Below, in pieces: positions 8,878-18,726 of a DNA stretch of 64,000 bases. Position 1 is the stretch's first letter, and every line of letters begins with the position of its first letter. A model generated the notes under the pieces. That model had not been told where the DNA came from and did not search any database. It saw nothing but the letters and a program-made list of their open reading frames with translations. A program made the position numbers and the translations under genes. This stretch comes from Giardia intestinalis (Eukaryota): NCBI GenBank assembly GCA_000002435.2, contig CM018793.1. One strand, given 5' to 3'.

Positions 8878-10797
8878 TCAAATAGATATGTAGCTTTCTG
8901 TCAAAACCATGCACACAGGGCACTTGGTCAGCTTTGTGCTACACTCCGGACATAAAATAAAGTGTCTGCATGGAAGAGATATCATGCTAGCTGGTCTATC
9001 GTAACAAACAACGCAGGTGTTCTCACCAGCAAAAAATCCCAAAACGTCAAGGCATAGGTCAATATCCTGGTCAATAGGGCTAATGGAGTCGAAAATGGCA
9101 TTGTAGATGCTTTCCTTCAATTCAAGCACATCCTCAGCCCAGTCCAAATATGAAGGTGTGCTGATCATCATTTCAAAGGCTCTCTCGATCTCAAGGAGCG
9201 CTGCCCGGACCCGAGAACAGTGGGCGATATTGGTCATGCATGGGTCAACAATCTGCTCTACAAGCATCTTCCCCAATGCTACGTGACCAGCTTCAAATGC
9301 TATTTCACATGGTCGTTTCAGATCATTATCACAGAGGTGCGATTCTGCATCTATGAGCACCGAAGGAATTTCATCTGCATTTCGTAAAAGAACGGAGAGA
9401 GCATATTCTCCATTCATCGTTTGAATTCCCGCCTCATAGGGCGCTAGGGCCTTTACTATGTGAAGGTTCTTGACTTTGCATGCGTATATCATGGCAGTGA
9501 ATCCGTATGCGTCTTGAGACCCCAGCTGGGCGAGGTCCCGTCTGGCTCCGGCAGAATATTTTAAGTGTCGCTTTCCACGAGTATAGAAGCTACTTTTGGT
9601 AGATGCTGTTATAGGTAGATACAATTCGTTAGACTCTAATTTGATTTCTACCCTAGTAGTGAATAGAAACTTAATATCTCTTCGCAATAGAACAAGAAAC
9701 CGACATATATAGACATAAATGGGTAGCAAATACACATGCAGTAGGGAAGCGATAGTAAGGTAGACCACAGGGAAATATCGCACCACCTCTTCCTTGAGAT
9801 CTTGAAACCGACACGATAGAACTAGTGCCAGCCTCATACAGAACTCCAAAGCAGAGCTTACTGCCATTGAGCAGACGGAACTATGATTAAAACAGAGCAC
9901 AAGATGATCAAGGCACGTGCGGCAGATATTGCCTTTCCTCGAGTGAGACTGCTTCAGCGGCTTCACTGAATCAGAGTGCGAAGATGAGGGAAGAGACGAC
10001 CTTTCTTTGGCTATAAGGAACGAAACCGCATCAATGGAGTGTGTCATAGCTGCGTTCATAAGGCCTGTTTGACGCCTTTTATTCACAATTGCTCGCTCGT
10101 AAGGATAGAGTTGAGACAGCATCCACACAGAATTTGACCTGCACGCATAGATGAAGGCCGTGTTCCCCTTGTTATCTTGTAGCCCTGCTTCCAGCTTAAG
10201 CAGAAGAGGGATAACAGCCGAGCAGCCGTACATTACCGCGTAGATCAGTGCTGATCGACCCTGAAGATCCACTTGTTTGGCCTCGTGGCGCAGCAGTGCT
10301 CTCACGCACGATACAGAATTGGCCAGGGTGGCATGCATAAGCGCTGTTAAACCATGTGTGTCGCGCAAGCCACTCTCAAGAGGAGCAAGTATGTGCACAG
10401 CCCTATAACACCCCATTCCAGCTGCAAACATGAGCGCGGTCTTGCCGCTTCTGTCTTGGCAGCGTTTCTCAAAGCGTCTCAACAGTAAAATGGTCCGGAT
10501 GCTTCGTTGTATAGTGGCTTCCATAAGGGCAGTTCGTCCATTTGGAAGACGGAGACGTGCTTCATACGTTCTGAGCACCCTTACACCGAGGAAAAACGAA
10601 CTTCTCACGGCCAGGTGCAGAGCCGTTAACCCCGCCTCGTTTCTGGTACCCCAATATCTAGGACACAATCTGATAACATTCAGTATATCTCGCTGCTGTA
10701 TCGCGTTAAGTAAATCAGTATCTCGGTCTAACATTGCTACTACAGAATTATAGTACAAAGGTGTGGTATCAGACGTTGTAAGATTTTGATAGGCCAT
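8878..10797 (-). CDS. ankyrin-repeat protein (Protein 21.1-like) with C-terminal C3HC4 RING finger
   Basis: Multiple G-TAL(M/H)-A..G ankyrin units (GLTALHLAV, GKTALMFAAGMG, GLTALMHATLAN, GRSALIYAVMYG, GNTAFIYACRSN, GFTAMIYACKVKN); C-term CVVCYDRPASMISLPCRHFILCPECSTKLTKCPVCM; track start 10824 is TTG, first ATG at 10797 (MAYQN...). Confidence 0.75.
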   Translation of the reverse strand: MAYQNLTTSDTTPLYYNSVVAMLDRDTDLLNAIQQRDILNVIRLCPRYWGTRNEAGLTALHLAVRSSFFLGVRVLRTYEARLRLPNGRTALMEATIQRSIRTILLLRRFEKRCQDRSGKTALMFAAGMGCYRAVHILAPLESGLRDTHGLTALMHATLANSVSCVRALLRHEAKQVDLQGRSALIYAVMYGCSAVIPLLLKLEAGLQDNKGNTAFIYACRSNSVWMLSQLYPYERAIVNKRRQTGLMNAAMTHSIDAVSFLIAKERSSLPSSSHSDSVKPLKQSHSRKGNICRTCLDHLVLCFNHSSVCSMAVSSALEFCMRLALVLSCRFQDLKEEVVRYFPVVYLTIASLLHVYLLPIYVYICRFLVLLRRDIKFLFTTRVEIKLESNELYLPITASTKSSFYTRGKRHLKYSAGARRDLAQLGSQDAYGFTAMIYACKVKNLHIVKALAPYEAGIQTMNGEYALSVLLRNADEIPSVLIDAESHLCDNDLKRPCEIAFEAGHVALGKMLVEQIVDPCMTNIAHCSRVRAALLEIERAFEMMISTPSYLDWAEDVLELKESIYNAIFDSISPIDQDIDLCLDVLGFFAGENTCVVCYDRPASMISLPCRHFILCPECSTKLTKCPVCMVLTESYISI

Positions 10798-10894
10798 GAT
10801 TTCTGTAGATTCGGAAGCCCCCAAAGCTCTGTACAGTTATCCGTAAACTGCTTAGCCGCTTGGCAAGTTCGATCAGACAAGGGATTAAAAATAA

Positions 10895-13800
10895 ATGGTT
10901 GCCAATTCCCTTGATAGGGGTTTTGTCCTTCGGCGCGCGAGGCCCAGAAGACAATTTGTTGGCGTTTTTTGCAAGAACATCGACCTTCTCCAGCGGTCAT
11001 GGTACGGATTGGTGATAGTGGTGGGCATTGTTGCCATCCTCATGGGTGTTATCATTAAGGTACACTACTTCTACCTGGCTCAGGACAAGACAGCTGTGGA
11101 CCCTAATGCTCAGATAGTAACTGAAAACCATGATCTTATACCATCGGCCTCGGCTCACAAAGATGCAAACTATAACTTCCTGTTTTTGAAGAGAGAAGGG
11201 GTGGACCTGGGATCTCTTTCTTATGACTCGACGGTGGAGAACACAGGGTATCTGGGGTTTATGGGGATGAAGTATCCTGTTGGCTATGAGTATAAGGCTG
11301 GTCTGAGGACAGTTTCTGACTCTGTATGGGTTGACGGGCTCTACCGGATTATCACGTATCCCTACTTCACGGATATGAAGAGGTACCTCAGTAACTATGA
11401 CTACGATCGCACAGACCTGTATCCTGGCGGCGCCGCAGATATTGACGTCTCTGCAACCCAAGCAGCAGACCAGGTGTTTGTTGAAGCGATTCACTCCTCA
11501 CCGCTGCCTATAACCGTACAACCTGGCAGCGTGGTTAGCACAGATTATGATGACAAGCGGATTGATCATTTGCCAGAGACGATTCGGCGCCTCTTCACTC
11601 ATGCGACGCGGACTGCCGAAGCTTACCGAGCAAATAACATGGTGAATGAGCAGGTTAAAAAGGGTTTTCTCATGCACGATATACCTCTACTTGCTGTGGA
11701 TATTAGCAAGCAGCCAGACCGTCCAATGCAGGTCACAGGAACAAACGCTGCGGATACCGTGGTCACTATAAGTTCAGGCTATAGTGTGTATGGATACTAT
11801 AAAAAGCAGACGTTTTTTGTCAGTCAAAATGACTATCTGCGGCTTCTGAATCTGCAGTACAACATGTTCAGCATCAATATTCGTGCCCTCATCAATCAGA
11901 TATACTCTATCCCCACCCCCTCCTTACCCGCAGAAAACATATATGCACCTCTTTACGCTCCCGTTATAGATGGGAACTATAAGCAGTTCTGGCGCAACGT
12001 AAATGCAAATGACATAGGGCCTGATATGTACACCCCAATGTACATGTGCTTCATTCTTCCGTTTTGCTTCTTCATTCTCACGCCCCTTTTCTCGTACCGG
12101 CTGTCGCAAGAGAAGGGCGAGGGGATAAACCATCTGCACTACATGATGGGACTTCGGTACATATACCGGTGGCTTGGCGACTTTGTTTATCAGTTAGTGA
12201 TCACGTCTATAGTTGCTCTCATCTGCGTCTTCTCGTCATTGTTCGGGGGCCTAAATGGTCTAAAGCTCAATACTCCCGTAGCGTGGGTCCCAACCATTCT
12301 CCTCACTATTCTCATGATTCCCGTTTTTTCTGCCTTTGTGGCTGCCTTCTTTGAGACGGGAAGAAACTCTTCCCTAGTCTGTGTGACACTTGCAATTGTC
12401 GTGTCTGTTATTGGCTTACTTTATGGGATAAAGTACTCTGATTTGACGATAATTGACCGCAGTATTAACAAGTGGTATGCGCTCATCCCCGTCTTTGGTC
12501 CTGTAAGTATACTGACGCAGCTCCAAGCCCTCGCCATGCTTCAGACGGATACCCTCTACCTCGCCGCGCATCATCTTCGGTTCAGCAGGAGGGGGGACCT
12601 ATCACCGGATTTTGTTGGTGAATCGGTGCTCTGGTCGCTGATATTCACCGTCATATCCACTCTGGTGATGCTGGTTGTAGGTATGTATATTGATCTTGTG
12701 ATGCCAAAACGCAAGGGGATACCTAACCACTGGCTATTTTTCCTATTTCCAATCGTGTATAAAGCCGATAAGATCCGTAGGAAGTATACAAAGCACTTGA
12801 CTACGCGCGTCATTCTGAAATCAGTTATCTGGGCCATCTTTCATCCAGACCTAATGTGCCGAAAGGTGTCTAACGAGCCAGGTCTTCTTCAGTCATCGTC
12901 TATGTCTTGGAAAGGGGCCCAGTCTCCTTGTGAGCTGTCCAAGTTAACCAAGCAGAATTACATGGACCAGAATTGCACGGACGCTTCCACTCTAGACTTA
13001 CCCCACGATTGCTCCGCAGATGGAGACGAAAGGTACTTCGACATTGACACTGGTAAGCATATTGGTGGCTTAAAGAGACCCGTCGACTCGGACGTCATTC
13101 AGGAGCACATAGCCGCTTGTGAGGGCTTTTCTCAATACAACAAAGAACGTGTTCCTTTGATCCGCGCGATAGACCTGACGAAGACGTACCCCGCGACGCG
13201 GCTCTCGCCCGAGAAGCACGCGGTCCGGGGCGTCTCCTTCACGGTCGCAGAGGGCGAGTGCCTCGGGCTCCTGGGCCCGAACGGCGCCGCCAAGACGACG
13301 ACGATCAACATCCTCACGATGCTCCACCGCGCGACGACCGGCGAGGCGTACATAAATGGTCTAGATCTCACAGATCCCGATATGAAGGCATCCATCCAGA
13401 ACATCACGGGTATATGCCCACAGTTTGATATTCAGTACCCTACCCTCACGTGTAGACAGCATCTTAACTACTTTTGTCGTCTAAAAAGGATACACAGGTC
13501 TCAGGAGAAACAGCATGTAAGCGATCTTCTCAAAGCCGTTGGATTGGCCGAGAAGGCGAATACGCCGTCTAAGTCTTTATCTGGTGGCATGCGCCGTCGG
13601 CTATCTGTTGCGATAGCACTTACGGGGTCGCCGTCTGTCCTTTATTTGGACGAACCAAGCACAGGGTTGGACCCAGAATCTAAGCGGCAGCTCTGGAACG
13701 TCATTCTTCGTGTTCGCTCAAACCGTGCCATTCTGCTCACCACACATGCCATGGATGAGGCGGAGGCGCTCTGCAACCGCATTTCTATAATGGTTGCTGG

Positions 13801-14236
13801 GCAGCTCAAGTGCATCGGCACATGTTCTTATCTTCAGCAGAAGTTTGGAAATGGCTATGAGCTCGTGTTTACCGTTAAGAACGATTTCGATTTTTCAAAG
13901 AACTCTAAGATAGATCAGACAGAACATCTCCTTCATGGCCTGGACTCTGAAGGAAACTCTCTGCCAGAGACAATGGCTATCGGAGAGTTGACCCTTAACA
14001 CATCGCGGGAAGTCTGTGGCCATTTACTGGTCAACAGCTACATCTCTAGTAGCTTGCAGCTTATTCGCGTTTTCAGCGGCAGACTTACTTATAAGCTTCC
14101 CGATAGCATCCCTATTTCTCAGATTTTCATGGCCATCGATCAGCTTATTCAGATGAAACCCGGCGTCATCACAGACTGGTGCTTGTCGCGCACGAGTTTG
14201 GACGACGTCTTCTTCAAAGTAGTTCTCACACTTTAA
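10895..14236 (+). CDS. ABC transporter, ABCA-type half transporter (TMD with large extracytosolic loop + single NBD)
   Basis: Walker A GLLGPNGAAKTTT, Q-loop, signature LSGGMRRRLSVAIAL, Walker B VLYLDEPSTGLD, H-loop LLTTHAMDEAE; N-terminal RRQFVGVFCKNIDLLQR-TM then long loop then 5-6 TM; AT-rich initiator gggattaaaaataaATG. Confidence 0.85.
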   Translation: MVANSLDRGFVLRRARPRRQFVGVFCKNIDLLQRSWYGLVIVVGIVAILMGVIIKVHYFYLAQDKTAVDPNAQIVTENHDLIPSASAHKDANYNFLFLKREGVDLGSLSYDSTVENTGYLGFMGMKYPVGYEYKAGLRTVSDSVWVDGLYRIITYPYFTDMKRYLSNYDYDRTDLYPGGAADIDVSATQAADQVFVEAIHSSPLPITVQPGSVVSTDYDDKRIDHLPETIRRLFTHATRTAEAYRANNMVNEQVKKGFLMHDIPLLAVDISKQPDRPMQVTGTNAADTVVTISSGYSVYGYYKKQTFFVSQNDYLRLLNLQYNMFSINIRALINQIYSIPTPSLPAENIYAPLYAPVIDGNYKQFWRNVNANDIGPDMYTPMYMCFILPFCFFILTPLFSYRLSQEKGEGINHLHYMMGLRYIYRWLGDFVYQLVITSIVALICVFSSLFGGLNGLKLNTPVAWVPTILLTILMIPVFSAFVAAFFETGRNSSLVCVTLAIVVSVIGLLYGIKYSDLTIIDRSINKWYALIPVFGPVSILTQLQALAMLQTDTLYLAAHHLRFSRRGDLSPDFVGESVLWSLIFTVISTLVMLVVGMYIDLVMPKRKGIPNHWLFFLFPIVYKADKIRRKYTKHLTTRVILKSVIWAIFHPDLMCRKVSNEPGLLQSSSMSWKGAQSPCELSKLTKQNYMDQNCTDASTLDLPHDCSADGDERYFDIDTGKHIGGLKRPVDSDVIQEHIAACEGFSQYNKERVPLIRAIDLTKTYPATRLSPEKHAVRGVSFTVAEGECLGLLGPNGAAKTTTINILTMLHRATTGEAYINGLDLTDPDMKASIQNITGICPQFDIQYPTLTCRQHLNYFCRLKRIHRSQEKQHVSDLLKAVGLAEKANTPSKSLSGGMRRRLSVAIALTGSPSVLYLDEPSTGLDPESKRQLWNVILRVRSNRAILLTTHAMDEAEALCNRISIMVAGQLKCIGTCSYLQQKFGNGYELVFTVKNDFDFSKNSKIDQTEHLLHGLDSEGNSLPETMAIGELTLNTSREVCGHLLVNSYISSSLQLIRVFSGRLTYKLPDSIPISQIFMAIDQLIQMKPGVITDWCLSRTSLDDVFFKVVLTL

Positions 14237-14321
14237 CCTTGGTGCGTTATGCCGCCTGATGTACCCTGCGGCCATGCACATGTATGTAAACTTCCGTATA
14301 CCGTACGGAGCAGCACGTTAT

Positions 14322-16682
14322 TTACACTCGTGTTGTCTTGCTGGATACTCCATATTCGTAGATGAGGTCTCTGGTCCTACTATTGGAGTACCAGGACTCA
14401 TTGGCCCAATCCTGTGCAGACTTTCCAGTCTCCTGGGTGAGATGCGCTTCGTATGGTAGGAGGATCTTAGTGCAGCCGTAAGACCCGGTTCGCGCTGCAG
14501 CCATGAGAGCTGTAAAGCCAGCTCCTTGCTGGCTCAGATCGGTAGTGCTCAGTGTTGCTTCCCTGTCAACGAGAAGTTTAACACATTCTTCGTTGCTGTT
14601 GGAGGCGGCACATATCAGGGCAGTCAGGCCTGATGGCGTTTGCATCCCTGCCTCATATGGCTTCAAAATCATAGTGCACTCGACGTGATTATTCTGGGCA
14701 GCAAGCATGAGGGCCGTGTAGCCCATCTTACTGTGCAGCCGAGATTCGTACTGCGCCAAGGTTCTCACGCAGTCTGCGTAGCCGCGCTGGGCTGCATACA
14801 TGAGTGCAGTGTAGTCGTTGTCGGCAAATGCGCGAATCTTAGCCTCTCGAGTAACAAGGAGGTTAACTGCCTCGAGATTGTTTCGCTCGGCCGCAAACAT
14901 AAGGGCTGTCTTGCCGACCTTATTGACCCTCTTTGCCAGGTGCAGATTTTCACGGAGCAAGACGCTGTCGTTTGCTTGTGCTGCAAGCATTAGAACGGTA
15001 GTACCATCTTGATCGAGAACGTCTCCCTCGTTCTGCTGACTTTCTGTGAAAGTGTTGGGGGCATAAGGACCCCCAGAAATGGTGCTATAGGGCTGCTCTT
15101 GCGTGGTCTGGGACTGAGCCGCGTGCACGTAAGTATTAGGTGTTAGAGCAAGGTCATCAATGCCTGACGTCCTAGTATAGGAGTTTAGCGGGCGGACGGG
15201 AGCAGACGGTGAGCTAGAATAATCTGTTGCGACATCAGGTGTGTATTCTGTCCCCTGGCAAGAACTCTTTTGATAGTCGTGGGCCACTAAGGATTGAGAG
15301 ACAGTGATTGGTGCTCCATAGTTGGAGTGTGTGGAAGGCGTTATTGGTCCGTTAAAGAAGGCCCCATCCAATGGCTGGTTGGCAGTCTGTTTGTGTGAGC
15401 TGTGTCCGTAGTTGCTAGCGGAAAGAGACCGCTGGATCGTGGAGTCGATAGTGGCCTGGAGGATATTGAGCTGACTCTCCAGCGCCTTCTGGTGCTGGTT
15501 GCTACGTTCAATGGAGCTGCGCAACTCTCGCAGCTCTGCTACGGTATCGGCAGCAGACTCTCCTGCCCCCGAATAGAGAGATCGTGAACTTAGCAGCCTG
15601 TGTGGCGGAGAGGTGTGCGCAGATGAAGAGTAACTATGCAATGGATCTAGAGGTGGAACAGAGCTGATCAGTGACTTATTGTTCCCATAATTAACTAAGT
15701 GTGGGGACAAGTCCTTTAGGTCAATGCAGTTACGAGATTGTGAAGTATATTCCAGTGTGCCCAACGGACTTCGTCTAGGAAGGATCCCATGGAGATCAAG
15801 AGACTCGGTTGGGGTCGGCTTACTCCCAGTCTTATTGTAAGAGGCCATTTCAGTTGCAGCCTGTCGAGGACCCAACGTGTCATAATGGATATTGGGTTGC
15901 GGGTCAAAGGCTTTCTGTCCAGGAGACGCTGTGGCAGTGCTCTGAGACTGGGAATATTCGGTATACCGGCTGTGCATCGTCTGTAGTGGCAAAAGGTTAG
16001 AGTCATATCTATCGGAGACTGCAGTACTGGGAGAAGCACGCATTCCAGTGTCTTCAGGCCCAATCGTCATAGACCTATCCCTATTATCTCTACTTGGTAT
16101 ATCATTTCTAGCTGCATAGGTATGCTCTTTATAATTAGTAAGAAAGGTAAGGATCTTATCCTTCTTGCTCGTCTCTGCCATTGCGATGCAACGGTCTATG
16201 TTTTCTAAGGTAGGCTTCTGTGTTTCACAAAGTATTCTCACGCAATCGTAGTGTCCGCGCGTCACAGCATAGTCTAGTGCAGTCCAGCCCTGTGCATCAA
16301 TCTCCTGGAAAAAGTGGTCAGTGAGAGCGCGCACACACGATACGCTCCCTGTAGCCGCAGCCTGCATGAGAGCTGTGCGCTTATCGGGAAGTGTCACCAT
16401 TTTCTCATACGGCGCCAAAATGGAACAGGCTTCGGGATACTCATGCATGGCAGCAATGATAAGTGCCGTGCGCCCATCCCTGTTAACACTTCTGTTCTCA
16501 TGAGGAGCGAGAATACGGATCATCTCGATGTCATTGCCCCGAACTGCCTTAATCAGACCTGTGTCGCCATCAAGGTCTCGGGAGCCCTTGAAGTCATTCA
16601 CAGAAGCCTTTACACGGAGATAATTGCGGTCCATAATCGCCCTAAACCATTCCGCTTCTGTCATTGCCTGTATCTCACGCAT
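14322..16682 (-). CDS. ankyrin-repeat protein (Protein 21.1 family): N-terminal ankyrin block, S/T/P/Q-rich low-complexity middle, C-terminal ankyrin block
   Basis: Repeats such as GDTGLIKAVRGND, GRTALIIAAMHEY, KRTALMQAAATGSVSCVRAL, GWTALDYAVTRGHYDCVRIL and C-terminal GKTALMFAAERNN, YTALMYAAQRGYADCVRTL, GYTALMLAAQNNH, GLTALICAASNSNEECVKLL, GFTALMAAARTGSYGC. Confidence 0.75.
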   Translation of the reverse strand: MREIQAMTEAEWFRAIMDRNYLRVKASVNDFKGSRDLDGDTGLIKAVRGNDIEMIRILAPHENRSVNRDGRTALIIAAMHEYPEACSILAPYEKMVTLPDKRTALMQAAATGSVSCVRALTDHFFQEIDAQGWTALDYAVTRGHYDCVRILCETQKPTLENIDRCIAMAETSKKDKILTFLTNYKEHTYAARNDIPSRDNRDRSMTIGPEDTGMRASPSTAVSDRYDSNLLPLQTMHSRYTEYSQSQSTATASPGQKAFDPQPNIHYDTLGPRQAATEMASYNKTGSKPTPTESLDLHGILPRRSPLGTLEYTSQSRNCIDLKDLSPHLVNYGNNKSLISSVPPLDPLHSYSSSAHTSPPHRLLSSRSLYSGAGESAADTVAELRELRSSIERSNQHQKALESQLNILQATIDSTIQRSLSASNYGHSSHKQTANQPLDGAFFNGPITPSTHSNYGAPITVSQSLVAHDYQKSSCQGTEYTPDVATDYSSSPSAPVRPLNSYTRTSGIDDLALTPNTYVHAAQSQTTQEQPYSTISGGPYAPNTFTESQQNEGDVLDQDGTTVLMLAAQANDSVLLRENLHLAKRVNKVGKTALMFAAERNNLEAVNLLVTREAKIRAFADNDYTALMYAAQRGYADCVRTLAQYESRLHSKMGYTALMLAAQNNHVECTMILKPYEAGMQTPSGLTALICAASNSNEECVKLLVDREATLSTTDLSQQGAGFTALMAAARTGSYGCTKILLPYEAHLTQETGKSAQDWANESWYSNSRTRDLIYEYGVSSKTTRV

Positions 16683-16721
16683 GGTGGCTCAAAGGTAGTT
16701 TTTTCTGTGCGATTTAAAAGC

Positions 16722-17405
16722 ATGCCGCGCAAGGCCTCGGTTGAGGATCTCAGTTCTGACTCTCCAGAAGATTCCAGAGAATGCACCAGCAGGCGGGTCT
16801 CCTTGTTTGCCTATGATTACCATCAGTGTGACTCTAAGCGCTGTTCCGCCAAGCGACTAGAAAAGCTTCATCTCTGCCGCTCCATCCCCAAAACGGCCTT
16901 CTTCAAAGGGATACTCTTGAGCTCCGAAGGGGTCTACGTGATATCCAGACTTGATCGAAACACGGTACAGCAGCATGGACTTGCCACCGTTGATTGTTCA
17001 TGGAATGAGATATTAGCTGATCAGGTGCCCATTACAAAACTGAAGTGCAGAAACCATCGACTACTTCCGTTTCTCCTAGCAAGCAACCAGGTTAACTATG
17101 GCAAGCCCTTTAAACTGAACTGCGCAGAGGCCTTTGCCGCAGGCCTGTGGATATGTGGCTATCGGGACCAAGCTCTAGACACGATCCAGAGGTTCCCCTA
17201 TGCAAAAGCGTTTCTCGATTTGAACGAGGAGCTTCTCGATCGCTATGCCTCGTGTGAGACGAGTGAAGCGGTGCTTGCTGTGCAGGAGGAAGTTATGAAC
17301 CAGCTAGAAAACGAACAAAGAGAGCGAGAGCTACGGAAACAGACCACCAACTACCAGGAGTCAGTCAGCCACACAAGTGACACATACGACGACAGCGACA
17401 AGTAA
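16722..17405 (+). CDS. TSR3: TSR3 (DUF367) 18S rRNA aminocarboxypropyltransferase-like ribosome biogenesis protein
   Basis: Close match to TSR3 blocks: YDYHQCDSKRCSAKRL (cf. WDLGHCDPRRCTGRKL), VDCSWNEI, LLPFLLASNQVNYGKPFKLNCAEAFAAGLWICG (cf. [27 protein letters not shown]), AFLDLNEELLDRYASCETSEAVL; ATG at 16722 preceded by gatttaaaagc; the track ORF from 16314 is an unreal N-extension overlapping the opposite-strand ankyrin gene. Confidence 0.85.
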   Translation: MPRKASVEDLSSDSPEDSRECTSRRVSLFAYDYHQCDSKRCSAKRLEKLHLCRSIPKTAFFKGILLSSEGVYVISRLDRNTVQQHGLATVDCSWNEILADQVPITKLKCRNHRLLPFLLASNQVNYGKPFKLNCAEAFAAGLWICGYRDQALDTIQRFPYAKAFLDLNEELLDRYASCETSEAVLAVQEEVMNQLENEQRERELRKQTTNYQESVSHTSDTYDDSDK

Positions 17406-17459
17406 GTAAGCCTCAAAAGCGCATTTACATCGAGGTTGTTGCGGGTGTGAGCTAAGGTG

Positions 17460-18714
17460 TTAGATGTCGGCCGCCATGAGTAAAGATACACCAGCAAGGA
17501 TCCATTTTGCGGGCGGCTCCCTCGTCTTGATCTGGAACGTCCATATGTAGGTGGGGCCGCGCCTCTTTGTCTTGTATACAGGGCAGTCGTAGACGTCCTT
17601 GAGGTCCGCCTTGTCTGCGGTCACTGCCTTTAAGTAGATTGGCGGAAGCTCTGGGAAGAGGTCCTTAAGGATGGAGTCCCTGATACAACCGCCCTTCTTG
17701 TCCCAGCGAGCGCCCTCCATGTAGAGGCCGTAGATATACGCACCCTCTCTTGGCGGAGCGGTGATTTCCGAGAGCTCCTTTTTCGTCACATCGGTGATGA
17801 GAGCCATCTTGTCGAGAGGCCACTGGTTCATCCTGGCAGTTGACTGGAGGACGGCGCGCAGGAAAGATTGCGGGTTGAAAAGCGCTGGAAGCCAGACAGC
17901 CTTTGGAAGATTGAGATCAGATGACCACGAAACCAGCTGGTCGCAGCGTTGTATCATGTCCTTCAACCACGGGCCAAGAGACTTCATACTCGGATATGCA
18001 ACGGCTTCCCATTTAGCAGGCACGACATCCAGGTACATGGACTGCATGAGGGCCTCCATTTGCTCGGAGATGGTCAAGTCGCCCTTGAGGCCCAAAGCAA
18101 GTTCCTTGAGAGACGACTTTATTGTGGAGAGCAGCTCATTCATGCGCCCACACTCCTGTAGACAGACACTGACGTAGGGTGTCCGCTCCTCCACTCGATC
18201 GGTAATCTCCAGCATGTCAAAGTTCTCGGGGAGCATATCCAGGATGTCTTCCAACTGTGCCTTGCAGCGGTCCTCGCGAGAGAGTTCGCCACTAGTGCTT
18301 GTGGCCGAGGTGCGCGGCTGCAACTGCATAAGCATCATGAAAAGGGTGTTTGACTGAGTAGTAAGGAACATGATCTCCGCGTTGGGGTGGAGACCATACA
18401 TCTTCGGCGATTCCTCAGGAAGCGCCTCAGCAATGTATGCCTTGTAGCCGTCGTAGCTCATTGGGGACGGCACAGGGAAGTCTGGGGCGAAGAACTTCCC
18501 GTCTTCAAAGAGAGCATCCGACATCAAGGAGTCCATAAACGAGCGCATGAGCCGGCGATCCAGATCATCGCCGACGTGTCCCCCGTAGAAGATGTCGCAA
18601 AACATGTATTTGAGGTCGTCCCAGGGGATTTTGGTGTTATTTTCTAGGTAGTTGAACAAGACATCCTTGCATATGGTCAGGTCGCCATTGTTGAAGTTGT
18701 AGGGGACGTTCCAA
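17460..18714 (-). CDS. dynein heavy chain C-terminal exon (last ~417 aa of a split DHC gene); first base completes a codon from an exon not present in cis
   Basis: Translation upstream of track ORF continues in frame: (x)WNVPYNFNNGDLTICKDVLFNYLENNTKIPWDDLKYMFCDIFYGGHVGDDLDRRL... = DHC C-terminal domain signature (YEFNESDLRI...IPW/F.ALRYL.GE.NYGGRVTDDWDRR); tail KTKRRGPTYIWTFQIKTREPPAKWILAGVSLLM matches DHC C-terminus; reading frame is closed right after the CAG acceptor. Confidence 0.85.
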
Positions 18715-18726
18715 CTGTGTGTTAGT
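18715..18726 (-). promoter_or_regulatory. Giardia fused branch point / 3' splice acceptor motif ACTAACACACAG (perfect consensus) immediately upstream of the dynein exon
   Basis: Minus-strand sequence cagacacatACTAACACACAG|TTGGAACGTCCCC; plus strand 18715-18726 = ctgtgtgttagt. Confidence 0.85.

Noticed and set aside
9560-9960. Possible cis-intron in the ankyrin-RING gene (AT-rich patch)
   Set aside because: No GTATGT donor or ACTAACACACAG acceptor on the coding strand, and the reading frame is continuous through the patch.
16314-16721. N-terminal 136-aa extension of the TSR3 ORF given by the track (start 16314)
   Set aside because: It overlaps the opposite-strand ankyrin gene for its entire length, has no TSR3 homology, and the first ATG with an AT-rich initiator is at 16722, where homology begins.
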